Shown one piece after another: positions 11,151 through 22,697 of a DNA stretch of 64,000 nucleotides. Numbering within the stretch: the stretch's first letter is position 1; the number at the start of each line of letters is the position of its first letter. The position numbers were made by a program, and so were the translations under genes. Source of the DNA: Azolla caroliniana. Its lineage: Eukaryota > Plantae > Polypodiophyta. The stretch is from contig JBHGNT010000006.1 of the NCBI GenBank assembly GCA_043228905.1, positions 13,950,001 through 14,014,000 on the forward strand, in the 5' to 3' direction. The notes below the pieces were generated by a model. That model worked only from the letters and a program-made list of their open reading frames with translations. It was not told where the DNA came from and did no database searches.

Positions 11151-12955
11151 TGTTGGGAATTCGGTCCCTCCGGATGGGATCCGGATGAGAAGCGGAGGAG
11201 CTGAACCGGACGGATCCGGTGTGAACAGGATCCAGGGACATATCTGTAAATATGTTTCTAGTGTGCCTGTCATGGCCCTATTTCTAAATAGTCCTAAAGT
11301 CATATAAGTATAAATATGACTTAGGGCAATCACTTTAATATACAGATGAATGTGTGTAGAGATGTTGTTGTACCGACACAGAGAGAGAGCGTGAGATACA
11401 AGAAGCTTTTCGGTTGTAACCGCCGGTTAGCAAAGACATAGAGCTCAAGGTCGTTGCCTCCGAGTCTCATTCCATTGTACCCCCTCTCTCTATAGTGATT
11501 CTGTTCGGAGTGTGTGGGCTCCCGTGGTTTTTCCTGATTAGGTTTTTCCACGTAAACATCTGGTGTCGTCTCATTCTGCGTAAGTGCATTGATCATCTTA
11601 TTCCTATTTTTTCCTGTTTCTCCTTCCATTGTGAGTTTAAGAGTCGGTTGTGGCTGAGCGCTATTCCTCACAAAGTGGTATCAGAGCAAAGTTGTAAACT
11701 TCAAACAAAGAAAGGAAAATGGAAGAATCATTCGGTAGCATGTTCAAGCTATCCAGTGTGGAAGTTGAAGATGAAGGATATGCTCGTGGTCAAAGATCTC
11801 TGGTTGCTGGTACAGTTTGGAGAAAAGAGGCCAGACAAGATCGATGCCATGTCATGGGAGATGATGCATATGAAGAAGGCGGCATACATTAGATGCTTCA
11901 TTGACATGAGCCTATACAACAACTTCAATGAAGAAAGCAAGGCTCATGTCCTCTAGGAGAAAATCAGTACCATGCTGGAGAGTAAAAACGCCTTAAATCG
12001 GGTTTCGGTATTCCGGAAGTTAGTGAGACTCCGGTACCAGGACACATCTAGCATGGCGGGGCACATGAATGCATTACATGGGCTCATAAATCAAACAACC
12101 TCACTGGAAGTACCTCTAGCCGATGAGGTACTTGCGTTGCTCCTGCTCGGTGCCTTCACGAATAGTTGGGAGATGCTAGTTGTCACTTTGGGCAACGCCG
12201 GGCCGGAAGGAAAACAGTTATCCCTGGAAAGGGTAAAATCAAGCTTGCTGGATGAAGAAGCTCGCCGGAAGGACCGGGAGTCTGGAACTGATCTGAAGGC
12301 CTTTGTCATAGAAGAGGACCATAACCGGGAAAGAGGCAAGAATCGGAGTCCCCAGAACCAGGAAAAATCGGGGATGAGGTCGAAATCAAGGGGGAGGCCC
12401 ACTTGCTTTTATTGCGTAAAGTTGGGGCACTTCTACAAGAATTACGGACACTTCCGAAAAGAGAAAAGAACCGACAATGCCCACTCGAAGAAGGATTAGG
12501 ACTGGAGAAGGTCAGAGCGGAAAGGAACGTTGGCAATTGCGACAAGTGAAGAAGAACTGCTGCTAATCACCGAGGTTGTTGAGTTGCATCTTGTCAGCGA
12601 TGAAATGACATGGGTGGTCGACTCCGGCACGTTGTTCCATTGGACTCCCAACCGGAAGTTCTTTTCTTCGTATAAAGTCGGAGATCACGGTTCTATCCAG
12701 ATGGGAGATGATGGTGCATGCCAAATTATTGGCATAGGCGACGTGTGGCTGAAAACATCAACCGAGTGAAAGTTGCTACTGAAGGATGTTTGACATGTTC
12801 TAGAGGTTCGGTTGAACCTGATACCAGCCGATCCGCTAGATGATGAAGGCTACACGGGTAGCATTCGGAACGGAGTCATGAAATTCAGCAAAGGACGCCT
12901 GATCGTGGCTTGAGCCCATAAGATCAACACACTATACTTGATGCATGCCCGGATC
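11151..12955 (+). mobile_element. Truncated Tnt1/Tork-like copia (family B): 5' LTR, PBS, gag and protease
   Basis: LTR 11151-11672 (TGTTG...TCACA) and PBS TGGTATCAGAGC 11676-11687. Gag WKLKMKDML, LLDEEARR, CFYCVKLGH; protease WVVDSG. Ends abruptly near 12955. Confidence 0.85.
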
Positions 12956-13180
12956 GGCTAATGAAGCCTGAGCCGAATTGGTATCCGGATGGTATCGGGA
13001 AACAACCGGCTAGATTGTGGAGATGGATTGGAGAGCCGGATTTGAGCGGGAACCGGAAAGCCTAGTAGTAGCCTATACTACTAGGTAATCATTGTCTAGT
13101 AGTTAGTGTCAATCGCACGTCGGATTATTTAAGTAACTGTCAGTACTTTTGTCAGTCCTTTATGGGCTTGTATAAATAGT

Positions 13181-16100
13181 TGTTGAGAGACAAGCTCAAC
13201 TTCGGCCGGATCGGCTGAAGAAGCCGAGGACCGGATCGGTTGGGACCGATCGGTTAGGCCGAGTACATAAACCGGGAGGTCGTTAGGAAAGATATTCCGT
13301 GAGGAATATATTTGGGAGTTAGTGTAGGAGCTCTTGATGAGCATTGAAGTACTGTGAGTACTTCGGTCAGTCCTTCTAGGGCTTGTATAAAAGTGTTCAC
13401 TGAGCACGTCTTATGTACAGACTGAGTAGTATTGTTGAATATAATTTCTTGTGTTCTCTCTCTGTCTCTCCCGCGTATACTGCGTAAGCCCAAGCTCTCC
13501 ATTGAACCTGAGTTTCCTTCCTTCTGTTCCGTCTTCATACTTGCTTCCGCACGTTATTTTCTACATGGTATCAGAGCGCAAGGGTTGAGAACCTCTCTGC
13601 TGCCGACACAGCTTGACGAAGAAGAACGAGAAGAACGATGGATAGAGGCATGGCGAGCTCGCTTCCAACAAGATGCACCAGTACCTCCTCGGGCACGGCT
13701 ACTGGAGTTATGTCGAAGGAGCTAATGACGCGGCACCCGAATCGACACACAGAGACTTCCCGTCGTGGGAGCAACCGGCGAGCAGGGTACTATACTGCTT
13801 CGTATCGTGTGTGGGCGAATAGCTATTGAGCTATGTTCGGGATGCAAATACGCCGAAGGGTGCATGGGAAAATCTGAAGAAGATTTTCGCCGCGAGCACC
13901 ATAGCTAGGAAGCTCCAGCTCCGACAGGAGTTGAGCAACCTACGACAACGCGACTTGTCGGTGGCGGACTATACCTCGAAGATCAAGGATATCTGCGACT
14001 CCCTCGCTTCCATAGAGGTGAACATCGAGGAGAGTGAGATGGTCCAGATCTGTCTTGGAGGTTTGGCGTCGAAGTTCGGAGCGTTCCGAACGGCTGTGTG
14101 TACCCGGGAGAATACGCCGTCCTTTTTCGACTTACAGTCGACGCTCCTGGTAGAGGAGAACCACGCGGGTGTGTCGACGAGCACGCACACCGACAACAAG
14201 ATGTTGTACACGGAGGGAGAAAGGCCCCGTGGTCGTGGCGGACGAGGCGAGTCGGTGCGCAATGGAGGCGGCCGACGTGATCAAGGAAGAAGGCACCGAA
14301 GTGATGCCGACAGCAACTCCGGACCCTCCGGAAATAGGGGGAGTCGAAGCGATGAGAACCGGCAAGGGAAGGCCATCGCGGAGTGCTAGTACTGTGGCAA
14401 GAAAGGCCACAGGGAAAGTGAGTGCTGGAAGAAACGCGCCGATTCGGAGAGAACCGGTTCTAGAAACGGCTCCGGACATACCCACAAGGGAAATCAGCAG
14501 CGATCGTACTACGCCAAAGACTCCGGGAGAGCTGGAGAAGGGTCTGTCTTCGTGACGAGACACGAAGCAAACTCAATGAAACAGAGCACCCCGAGATCGA
14601 ACGAGGTGTGGTACGTAGACTCCGGTGCGTCAAACCACATGACGAGCCATAAGGAGTGGTTCTCGTACCTTGAAAAACCGATACAACCTGGAGTAGTCAC
14701 AACAGGAGACGACACTCCGCATCTGATCGCGAATGTCGGAGAAGTTCCCCTTAGCCATGTCAGGCAGAAAGGGAAACTCATGAACGTGCTGCACGTTCCG
14801 ACAATCACGAAGAACTTGGTCTCGGTCGGACAGATCGTCGACCAAGGGATGGAGGTTCAGTTTACACACCTCGGGTGCTTCATTGAGGAAGAAGGCCGTG
14901 TGATTGCGCAAGGGCGCAGAGACGGGAGGATGTTCATCCTCGATTCCACTGACGGCGGCACCGCAATGTTCGCAAAGGGACAAAAAGCCGAGTCGGACGT
15001 CGACTTGTGGCACAAGTGGATAGGCCACGTCAACTACCAGCGGCTTCAAGATCTGCAATCAAAACAGGTAGTGTTCGGATTGCCCAAATTTAGTGGCCGA
15101 AAGGCACGAATTTGTGAAGCCTGCCAGCTCGGGAATCAACACTGACTTCCTTACCCCAACAAGCGAAACCAGAGCCTGAATAAGCTCGACCTTATACACT
15201 CCGATGTATGGGGGCCAACACAAAATGTTAGTCTTCGCGGGAGCCGATATTTCGTCTCCTTCATCGACGACCACACGCGGCACACGTGGATCTACCTCAT
15301 TGAGAGGAAGAGCGAAGTCTTCGACTGTTTCCGGGACCTCAAAGGGTTCGTGGAAACGGAAACGGGACGAAAGATCAAGTGTCTACGGTCGGATGGCGGG
15401 AAAGAGTACTTTTCCGGTCAATTCAACGGTTACCTACAACAAATGGGAATTCGCCGCGAATTCAGTTGTAGATACACGCCAGAGCAGAACGGCGTGGCCG
15501 AGAGGAAGAATCGGTCAGTTGTGGAAGCGGCACGGGCAATGCTGGAGGAGAAGAGCTTGCCCAAGTTCTACTGGGCCGAGGCGGTAAGGACCGCGGTATA
15601 CATCCAAAACCGGATTGGAGACAAAGTGTCGTCGCACGAGCTATATTTCGGACCGAAGACGTGGGACGTGGGACCTGGTTGACGCACTGAAGGGTGTGAA
15701 GCCGATCGGGTGTAGGTGGGTGTACAAGGTCAAGTACAACACCGATGGCTCGGTCAACCGGTACAAGGCTCGGTTGGTGGCAAAGGGCTACGCGCAGAAA
15801 CACGGCATCGACTACGATGAGACGTTTGCGCCGGTCGCGAAAATGACGACCGTCCGTGTTTTGCTCGCAGTAGCCGCGACCAAGGGGTGGCACTTACATC
15901 AGATGGATGTAAAGAATGCGTTCCTGCAAGGTGACCTTGAGGAACAAGTGTACATGATACAACCCCCCGGATTTCACTCCAGAACGAACTCCTCGGCAGT
16001 ATGCCGACTGAAGAAGTCCCTTTACGGACTGAAGCAAGCCCCGCGTGCCTGGAACGCGAAGATCACGCAACAACTGCGTCGGATGGGCTTCGTCATGTCA

Positions 16101-18021
16101 AAATCGGACTCTTCCCTGTTCATCCGGAAAGGTCGACTCGGACCGGTTAGTATTCTACTATATGTTGATGACTTGGTCATCACCGGCGCCGACCTAGGTG
16201 AAATCGACCGCATGAAGCTCCAGCTTGCGGCATCGTTCGACATGAAGGATCTGGGGGACCTTCATTACTTCCTCGGGATCGAAGTGATCCGTACCCCCGA
16301 AGGCATATTGATCAGCCAACGTCACTACGTGATGAGTATGCTCTTCAAATTCGGGATGGCCGACTGTAAGTCCGTCTCGACTCCTCTGGATAGAACCGTG
16401 AAGCTTCGTCCCGATACGGGAAAGGTATGCGACCCGACGAGGTTCCGACAAATTGTCGGAAGCCTCATATACTTGACCATCACCCGACCCGACCTCAGTT
16501 ATCCGGTCGGAGTGATTAGTCAGTTCATGGCGCGACCTACCGAGGAGCACCTTCAGTGTGCGCAACGCATACTGCGGTATGTAAGTGGCACTATGGACCG
16601 AGGACTGCTATATCGGACCGGTGCAGTCGTGCAGTTAGTCGGCTACACCGATGCTGATTGGGCTGGCAACGCCGCCGATCGCCGATCCACGTCTGGATAC
16701 GCGTTCTCCCTCAGGAGTGCCGCGATTATGTGGAGCAGTAAGAAGCAGCCGATAGTTGCATTGTCGAGCACCGAAGCTGAGTACCGAGGAGCGGCTGTCG
16801 CGACATGCGAAGCCATATGGTTGAAGCGGCTACTTAAGGACCTGCAAGAGGAGGTGTCCGATCCAACGACGATCTACTGCGACAACCTCAACAGCATCCA
16901 ACTCGCGAAGAACCCCTTCTTCCACGCACGGACCAAGCACATTGAGGTGCACTACCATTTCGTCCGTGAGCGTGTCCTTTCCCATGAAGTTGAACTTCAG
17001 TACGTGCCGACGGATCGGCAGACTGCCGACATCTTCACAAAGCCGCTTGGTTTGGACAAGTTGCGGCAATTCTCAGGTGCGCTCGGGTTGCGTCACCTCG
17101 ATGTGCCGAACTTGAGGGGGAGAACAGTCCCGAACGACCAAGCAAGGCAGTAGGAAAGGAGCGGAGACCGCGACACCGAGTCGGTTGTCGAGTTCAACTT
17201 TGGATCGGCTGAAGAAGCCGAGGGCGGACCCGCGGAAAAGTTCGGAAGCGGACAGAAGGGGAGCAACCGAAGGAGAGAGCCGAAGCCAACCACGCATCAG
17301 GAGGATGACGCCATCGAGGGCGAGAAGACCGAAGACGAGTTGGAGACAGCCAACTCGGACGAGAGCGAAGACCGATCGGAGGTAGCCGAGTCGGTTCAGA
17401 TGTTTGATTCAGACACGCTGAATCAACCGAGGCCCAAGCGGAAGAAAAGGCAGCAGAAGAAGCGTCAACACCGCAACAATAGAAGAGCTGATGTGGGCCA
17501 CATGAGTAGACAAGCCGACCGGAAGGGTCGAAGCGCGCGGAGTCGAACAGGTCGAGGAGCGCGAGCGAGGCGTGAAGCCAGGAGGAACCGGAGTTGTGAG
17601 CTCGAGGATCCCGAAGAGCCTCGAATTGAGCTTGAGGGGGAGTGTTGAGAGACAAGCTCAACTTCGGCCGGATCGGCTGAAGAAGCCGAGGACCAGATCG
17701 GTTGGGACCGATCGGTTAGGCCGAGTACATAAACCGGGAGGTCGTTAGGAAAGATATTCCGTGAGAAAGATATTCCGTGAGGAATATATTTGATGAGCAT
17801 TGAAGTACTGTGAGTACTTCGGTCAGTCCTTCTAGGGCTTGTATAAAAGTGTTCACTGAGCACGTCTTATGTACAGACTGAGTAGTATTGTTGAATATAA
17901 TTTCTTGTGTTCTCTCTTTGTCTCTCCCGCGTATACTACGTAAGCCCAAGCTCTCCATTGAACCTGAGTTTCCTTCCTTCTGTTCCATCTTCATACTTGC
18001 TTCCGCACGTTATTTTCTACA
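13181..18021 (+). mobile_element. Copia family A copy 3, with both LTRs and an internal deletion
   Basis: LTRs 13181-13565 and 17643-18021, TSD ATAGT (13176-13180, 18022-18026), PBS 13566-13577, PPT 17632-17642. Gag, PR, INT, RT and RH present, with a deletion near 15658. Confidence 0.96.
15615..17153 (+). pseudogene. pol: Copia RT-RNase H region, open for about 500 aa
   Basis: [50 protein letters not shown]. Confidence 0.93.
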
Positions 18022-21000
18022 ATAGTGTTGTTTAGCACGTTGTATGTACAGTGTTGGAGAGTTATTTTGAATAAACGTTTTTACGTTCTGCTCTCTCTAT
18101 CTCCCCTGAGTATACTCTCTTTGTGTATTAAGCTTCTCCATTAAACCTCTTATTCTTTGTTGGTATCCGGCTGAGCCGGTTCTGTCTAACGCTTTCGCAC
18201 ATTTACATTCACATGGTATCAGAGCGCGAGGGTTGAGAACCTTTGCAGCCGACACTTGCTTCCGTAGACGAACCCTAGAACCCGGTAACAATAGAAAGAG
18301 AGAAGATATGGACAACGGAATGGAGAGTTCACTTTGAACAGACAAGCTCGACCAGAGCAACTATGCGTCCTGGTCATATGAAATGCCCCAGTACCTGCTA
18401 GGGCATGGATATTGGAGCTTTGTGAAAGGAACAAACGAAGTAGCATCAAAGCCGTCACACAAGGACTTCCCGGTATGGGAGCAAGGAGCGAGCCGAGTAT
18501 TGTACTGCCTCGCGTCTTGTGTGCATGATTAGATGCTCGGCTACATCAAGGATGCAAAGACGCCGAAGAAGGCCTAGGGAAATCTGTGGAAGATTTTCGC
18601 CGCGAGTACCACAACCCGTAAGTTGCAGCTCCGGCATGAGTTGAACAACATCCGGCAAAGAGACATGTCGGTTACGGATTACACCACCAAGATAAAGGAG
18701 ATTTGCGATGCACTCGGGTCCATCAACATGACGGTGGACGAAGACGAGATGGTACAAATCTGCCTCGGTGGTCTAGCGCGAAGGTACGGGCCAATCCGGA
18801 TTGCGATCTGCACCCTGGAGAAACCATCGTCTTTCTTCGACTTGCAATCGATGCTGATGGTTGAAGAAAACCACGCGAGTAGGTCAAGGACCACTCAATC
18901 GGACGGTCGGATCCTGAACACAGAGACAGATCGGCCCCATGGACGTGGTGGACGAGGTGGGTCGGCATGCAATGGAGGCGGCCGACAAGAGTAGGACCAA
19001 AGGCACATAGGAGGTGCCGACAGCAGTTCCGGACCCTCAACAAGCAGGGGGAGTCAAAACGGCGCCGGGAGCCGACAAGGAAAGGCTGACATGGAATGCT
19101 GGTACTGTGGCAAAAAGGCCCATAGGGAAAGTGAGTGCTGGAAGAAGCGCACCAATCCGGACAAATCCGGATCCGGAAAAACCGGTCGGGAGAACCGGCA
19201 AAGCTCGCACTATGTAGAAGAATCAGAAGGATCCGGAACCGGGAAAACCGGTAAAGGGCCAACCTTCGTGATGAAACACAAGGCTAACTCGATGAAGAAG
19301 ACTACTTCCAAATCAGAGGAAGTATGGTACGTTGATTCCGGAGCATCCAACCACATGACGAGCCATGAAGAGTGGTTCTCCTTTTTGGAGAAGCTGGAAA
19401 AACCGGGGATTGTCGAAACCAGAGATGACACCCCTCACCCGATTGTGCATGTCAGAGAAGTCCCTTTAAGCCATGTCGGACAAAAGGGGAAGCTGATGAA
19501 CGTACTACACGTTCCTACTATCACAAAGAACCTGGTGTCAGTTGGAGAAATTGTTTACCAGGGGATGCAGGTGTGGTTTATGCACCTAGGGTGCTTCATC
19601 AAGGAAGAAGGCCGGATACTTGTGCAAGGGCGTAGAGAAGGAAGGATGTTCATCCTCAACACCAATGACGTTGGCAACTCCACGTTTGCCAAAGGGCAGA
19701 AGGTTGAGCTGGACATCGACCTGTGGCACAAGCGGATTGGACACGTCAACTATAGGAGGCTTCAAGATCTGCAATCGGAACAGGTTGTCTTCAGTTTGCC
19801 AAAATTTAGCGGCCGGAAGGCCGAAATTTGTGAAGCCTACCAACTCGGGAAGAAACACCGGATTCCATTCCCCACCGATTGAAACCGGAGCCATAGCAAC
19901 CTCGATTTAATCCATTTGGATGTATGGGGACCGACATAAAACGTTAGTCTTGGCGGGAGTCGGTATTTCGTCTCCTTCATTGATGACTACAGCCAGCCAG
20001 CACACGTGGATCTACCTCATCGAGAGGAAGAGCGAAGTCTTCGAGTGTTTCCAAAACCTTCAAAGCTTGGTTGAACGGGAAACGGAGAGGAAGATCAAGT
20101 GCCTACAGTAGCGGGAAGGAATACTTTTCCAGCCAATTCAACAGTTATCTGCAGCAGAACGGAATTCGGAGAGAATTCAGTTGTAGGTACACACCGGAGC
20201 AAAACGGTGTGGCCGAAAGGAAGATCTGGTCGATTGTCGACGTGGCAAGGGCAATGATGGAGGAGAAGAGCATGCCCCATTTCTACTGGGCCGAGGTGGT
20301 CCAAACGACCGTGTACATCCAAAACCAGATCGGTGACAAGGTGTCAACACACGAGTTGTATTTTGGGCACAAGCCAAATTTGAGACACCTTTGGATATTC
20401 GGTAGCATAGCATATGTGCATGTACCAGATGAGAAGCGGAAAATTCTAGATCCAAAGTCGGAGAACTGCATCCTAGTCGGCTACTCGCATGAGCAGAACG
20501 GGTATAAGTGCTATAACCCTCGGACTAAGCAAGTCCACGTAAGCCGAGATGTCGAGTTTGATGAGACGGCATCATGGTACTCCGTACCGAATCCAACTCC
20601 CGACGAAGACCCGATTCGGGAAGATGAGGCTAGTGAGCCCGAGGAGGTCCAGATAGAAGATGAAGAGCTAGAGACTCTAGAAGAGAGTCCGGAATCGTTT
20701 CGGTTGAGTGGACTGAATGAGCGACTAGGTCAAAGTGACCAGTCGGATGAAGAACCGGCGAGTAATGGAGATTCTGTTGTGCTCTCCCTGCGCAAGGAAC
20801 CGAAGAGACGGTTCACGCGCAAAGAGAAGGGGAAGAAGAAGATGCCGGAATACGAAGCCGACAACGTTGAGTCAGATTGGAGCGCATTTGACCCCGGAAA
20901 GGATGAAGGTGGATATTTGGGAATGACGTCCGAACTGGCCAAGAAGGGCCCCAAATCGGGTGATACCAAGTTACGCCGGTCTTCCCGCCTGAAGAACCCC

Positions 21001-22595
21001 GTTACGCGGTACGGGTACAATGAGTACATGGCGCATCACTATGCGTACATGATCAAAGTGGTGGAAGTGCATGAGTCAGAGAGCTACGCAGAAGCGGCAA
21101 AGAACGCAAATTGGCGTGCTACTATGGAAGAAGAAATGCCGGCACTCGATGCCAACGACAGATGGGACCTCAATAACCCTCCCCGACACCGTAAACCGAT
21201 TGGTTGCAAATCAGTGTACAAGATAAAGTACAATGCCGACGGTTTAGTTAACCGGTACAAGGCCCGATTAGTGGCGAAGGGATACGCATAGACCCACAGA
21301 ATCGATTACGACGAGACCGTCGCCCAGTAGCGAAGATGACGACGAATCGTGTGGTACTGATGGTTGTTGCCGCAAGGGGGCGGCATCTTTACCAGATGGA
21401 CGTGAAGAATGCGTTTCTTCAAGGTGACCTTGAAGAACGGGTCTATATGATCCAATCTCCCGGTTTTCAGTCGGAGATGAACAAATCGGCGGTGTGCCAG
21501 CTTAACAATTCGCTTTACATTCTGAAACAAGCCCCCCAAGCTTGAAATTCGAAGAATACGCACCGGTTGCGTCAGATGGGGTTTGTGACCTCTAAATCCG
21601 ACTCATCGTTGTTCATCCGGCAAGGTCCAGACAGTTCGGTTTGCATCTTCCTTTATGTAGATGATTAGGTCATCACCAGACCCGGACTCAATGAAATCGG
21701 CCGAGTAAAGTCCTAGCTATCAGACGCATTTGAAATGAAGGACCTGGGGGACCTTCATTATTTTCTTGGGATCGAGGTGATCCGAACCCCCGACGACATA
21801 TTGCTCTCACAATGACACTTGTTGGCTGGTCAGAAGAGCAAGGACAAGTGGGAAGGCGGAGTCGGATCGGATAATAGGAAGTAAATGATAGAAGAATTAT
21901 TATTCGGAGGGACGGATCCGGTACAGTTGTACCGATCCGGATCCGTACCGATTCGGATGTCGGTTGCCTAAGCGCACCGATTGTAACCTTGCTGGATGCC
22001 TATAAAAGGATCCGATGATTTGTAAAGGGTTTGACGGTGTCGTGCCTTTCGGCTCCGGATCGTTGCGTGAGTCGGGTGGGAACCGCTGGGGTTTTGGACT
22101 AGGAGGAAGAGGAATAATTTAAGGCGATTTTAATTATGTATAGATTATTAGAAGCTTGTGAATCCCACAAGTATTACGTTAATCAATATTTATGTAAGAA
22201 TATGAATTTAGATTGAAAGAGATAGGTTATATAAAACTTCGTGAATCCCACGATTATATTAATTGGTGTTTTTAGGAAATATATCCAATTTCCCAAATAT
22301 TTTTCACACACAATTACATTGTGCTTCCCATCCTTATGTAGTGATGAGGAAGTCTTAGTAATCCATGCTTTTTCTCTAACTATAGACCCCATGCTTTTCC
22401 TATAGATAGACTATATGCTTTATCTAAAGTGATCATGCTTTTTCTAACTTGTGCGTTTTTTTTATCAACTATAGCGTTCATGCACGCTAGATGTGCATGT
22501 GTAGCTTTTTCTTTTAGCATGCGTTTTCTTTTAACTAAAGTTTATCCTAGGTGAACTAAGCTTTCTATGTGGAACATCTATTTTTAAACACAAAT

Positions 22596-22682
22596 GAAAT
22601 GCTAGTGTAATGGTAAGACATTACATTATTAACATGGAGGTGCAAGGTTCGAATCTTGCCCTATGCATGTTATATAAATTTT
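22596..22682 (+). ncRNA. tRNA-like Pol III A-box/B-box module in the LTR U3 (also 25082-25168; minus-strand copies near 50130-50200 and 52920-52990; decayed near 49562-49630)
   Basis: A box TAGTGTAATGG 22603-22613, B box GGTTCGAATC 22646-22655, T-arm-like hairpin GCAAGG/TCTTGC and TTTT at 22679-22682. No complete cloverleaf. Confidence 0.6.
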
Positions 22683-22697
22683 AATATTTTCTACTAT

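Larger units (their letters stand above)
12956..21819 (+). mobile_element. Copia family A copy 2 (5' LTR split by copy 3; 3' part lost beyond the gypsy insertion at 21820)
   Basis: LTR pieces about 12956-13180 and 18027-18213, PBS TGGTATCAGAGC 18214-18225. Gag, protease (19091-19882), integrase-RT (20071-21291) and RT YVDD near 21655. Confidence 0.9.

Noticed and set aside
22183-22392. Repeated 69-71-aa ORF MGSIVREKAW... (also 24669, 50387, 53177)
   Set aside because: It lies inside LTRs, so repetition is expected. The C-termini differ by a frameshift between subfamilies, and the older LTR lacks it.
22596-22668. Functional tRNA gene
   Set aside because: Only the A/B boxes and T arm are recognisable; there is no acceptor or anticodon stem. 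Kept as a tRNA-derived module.
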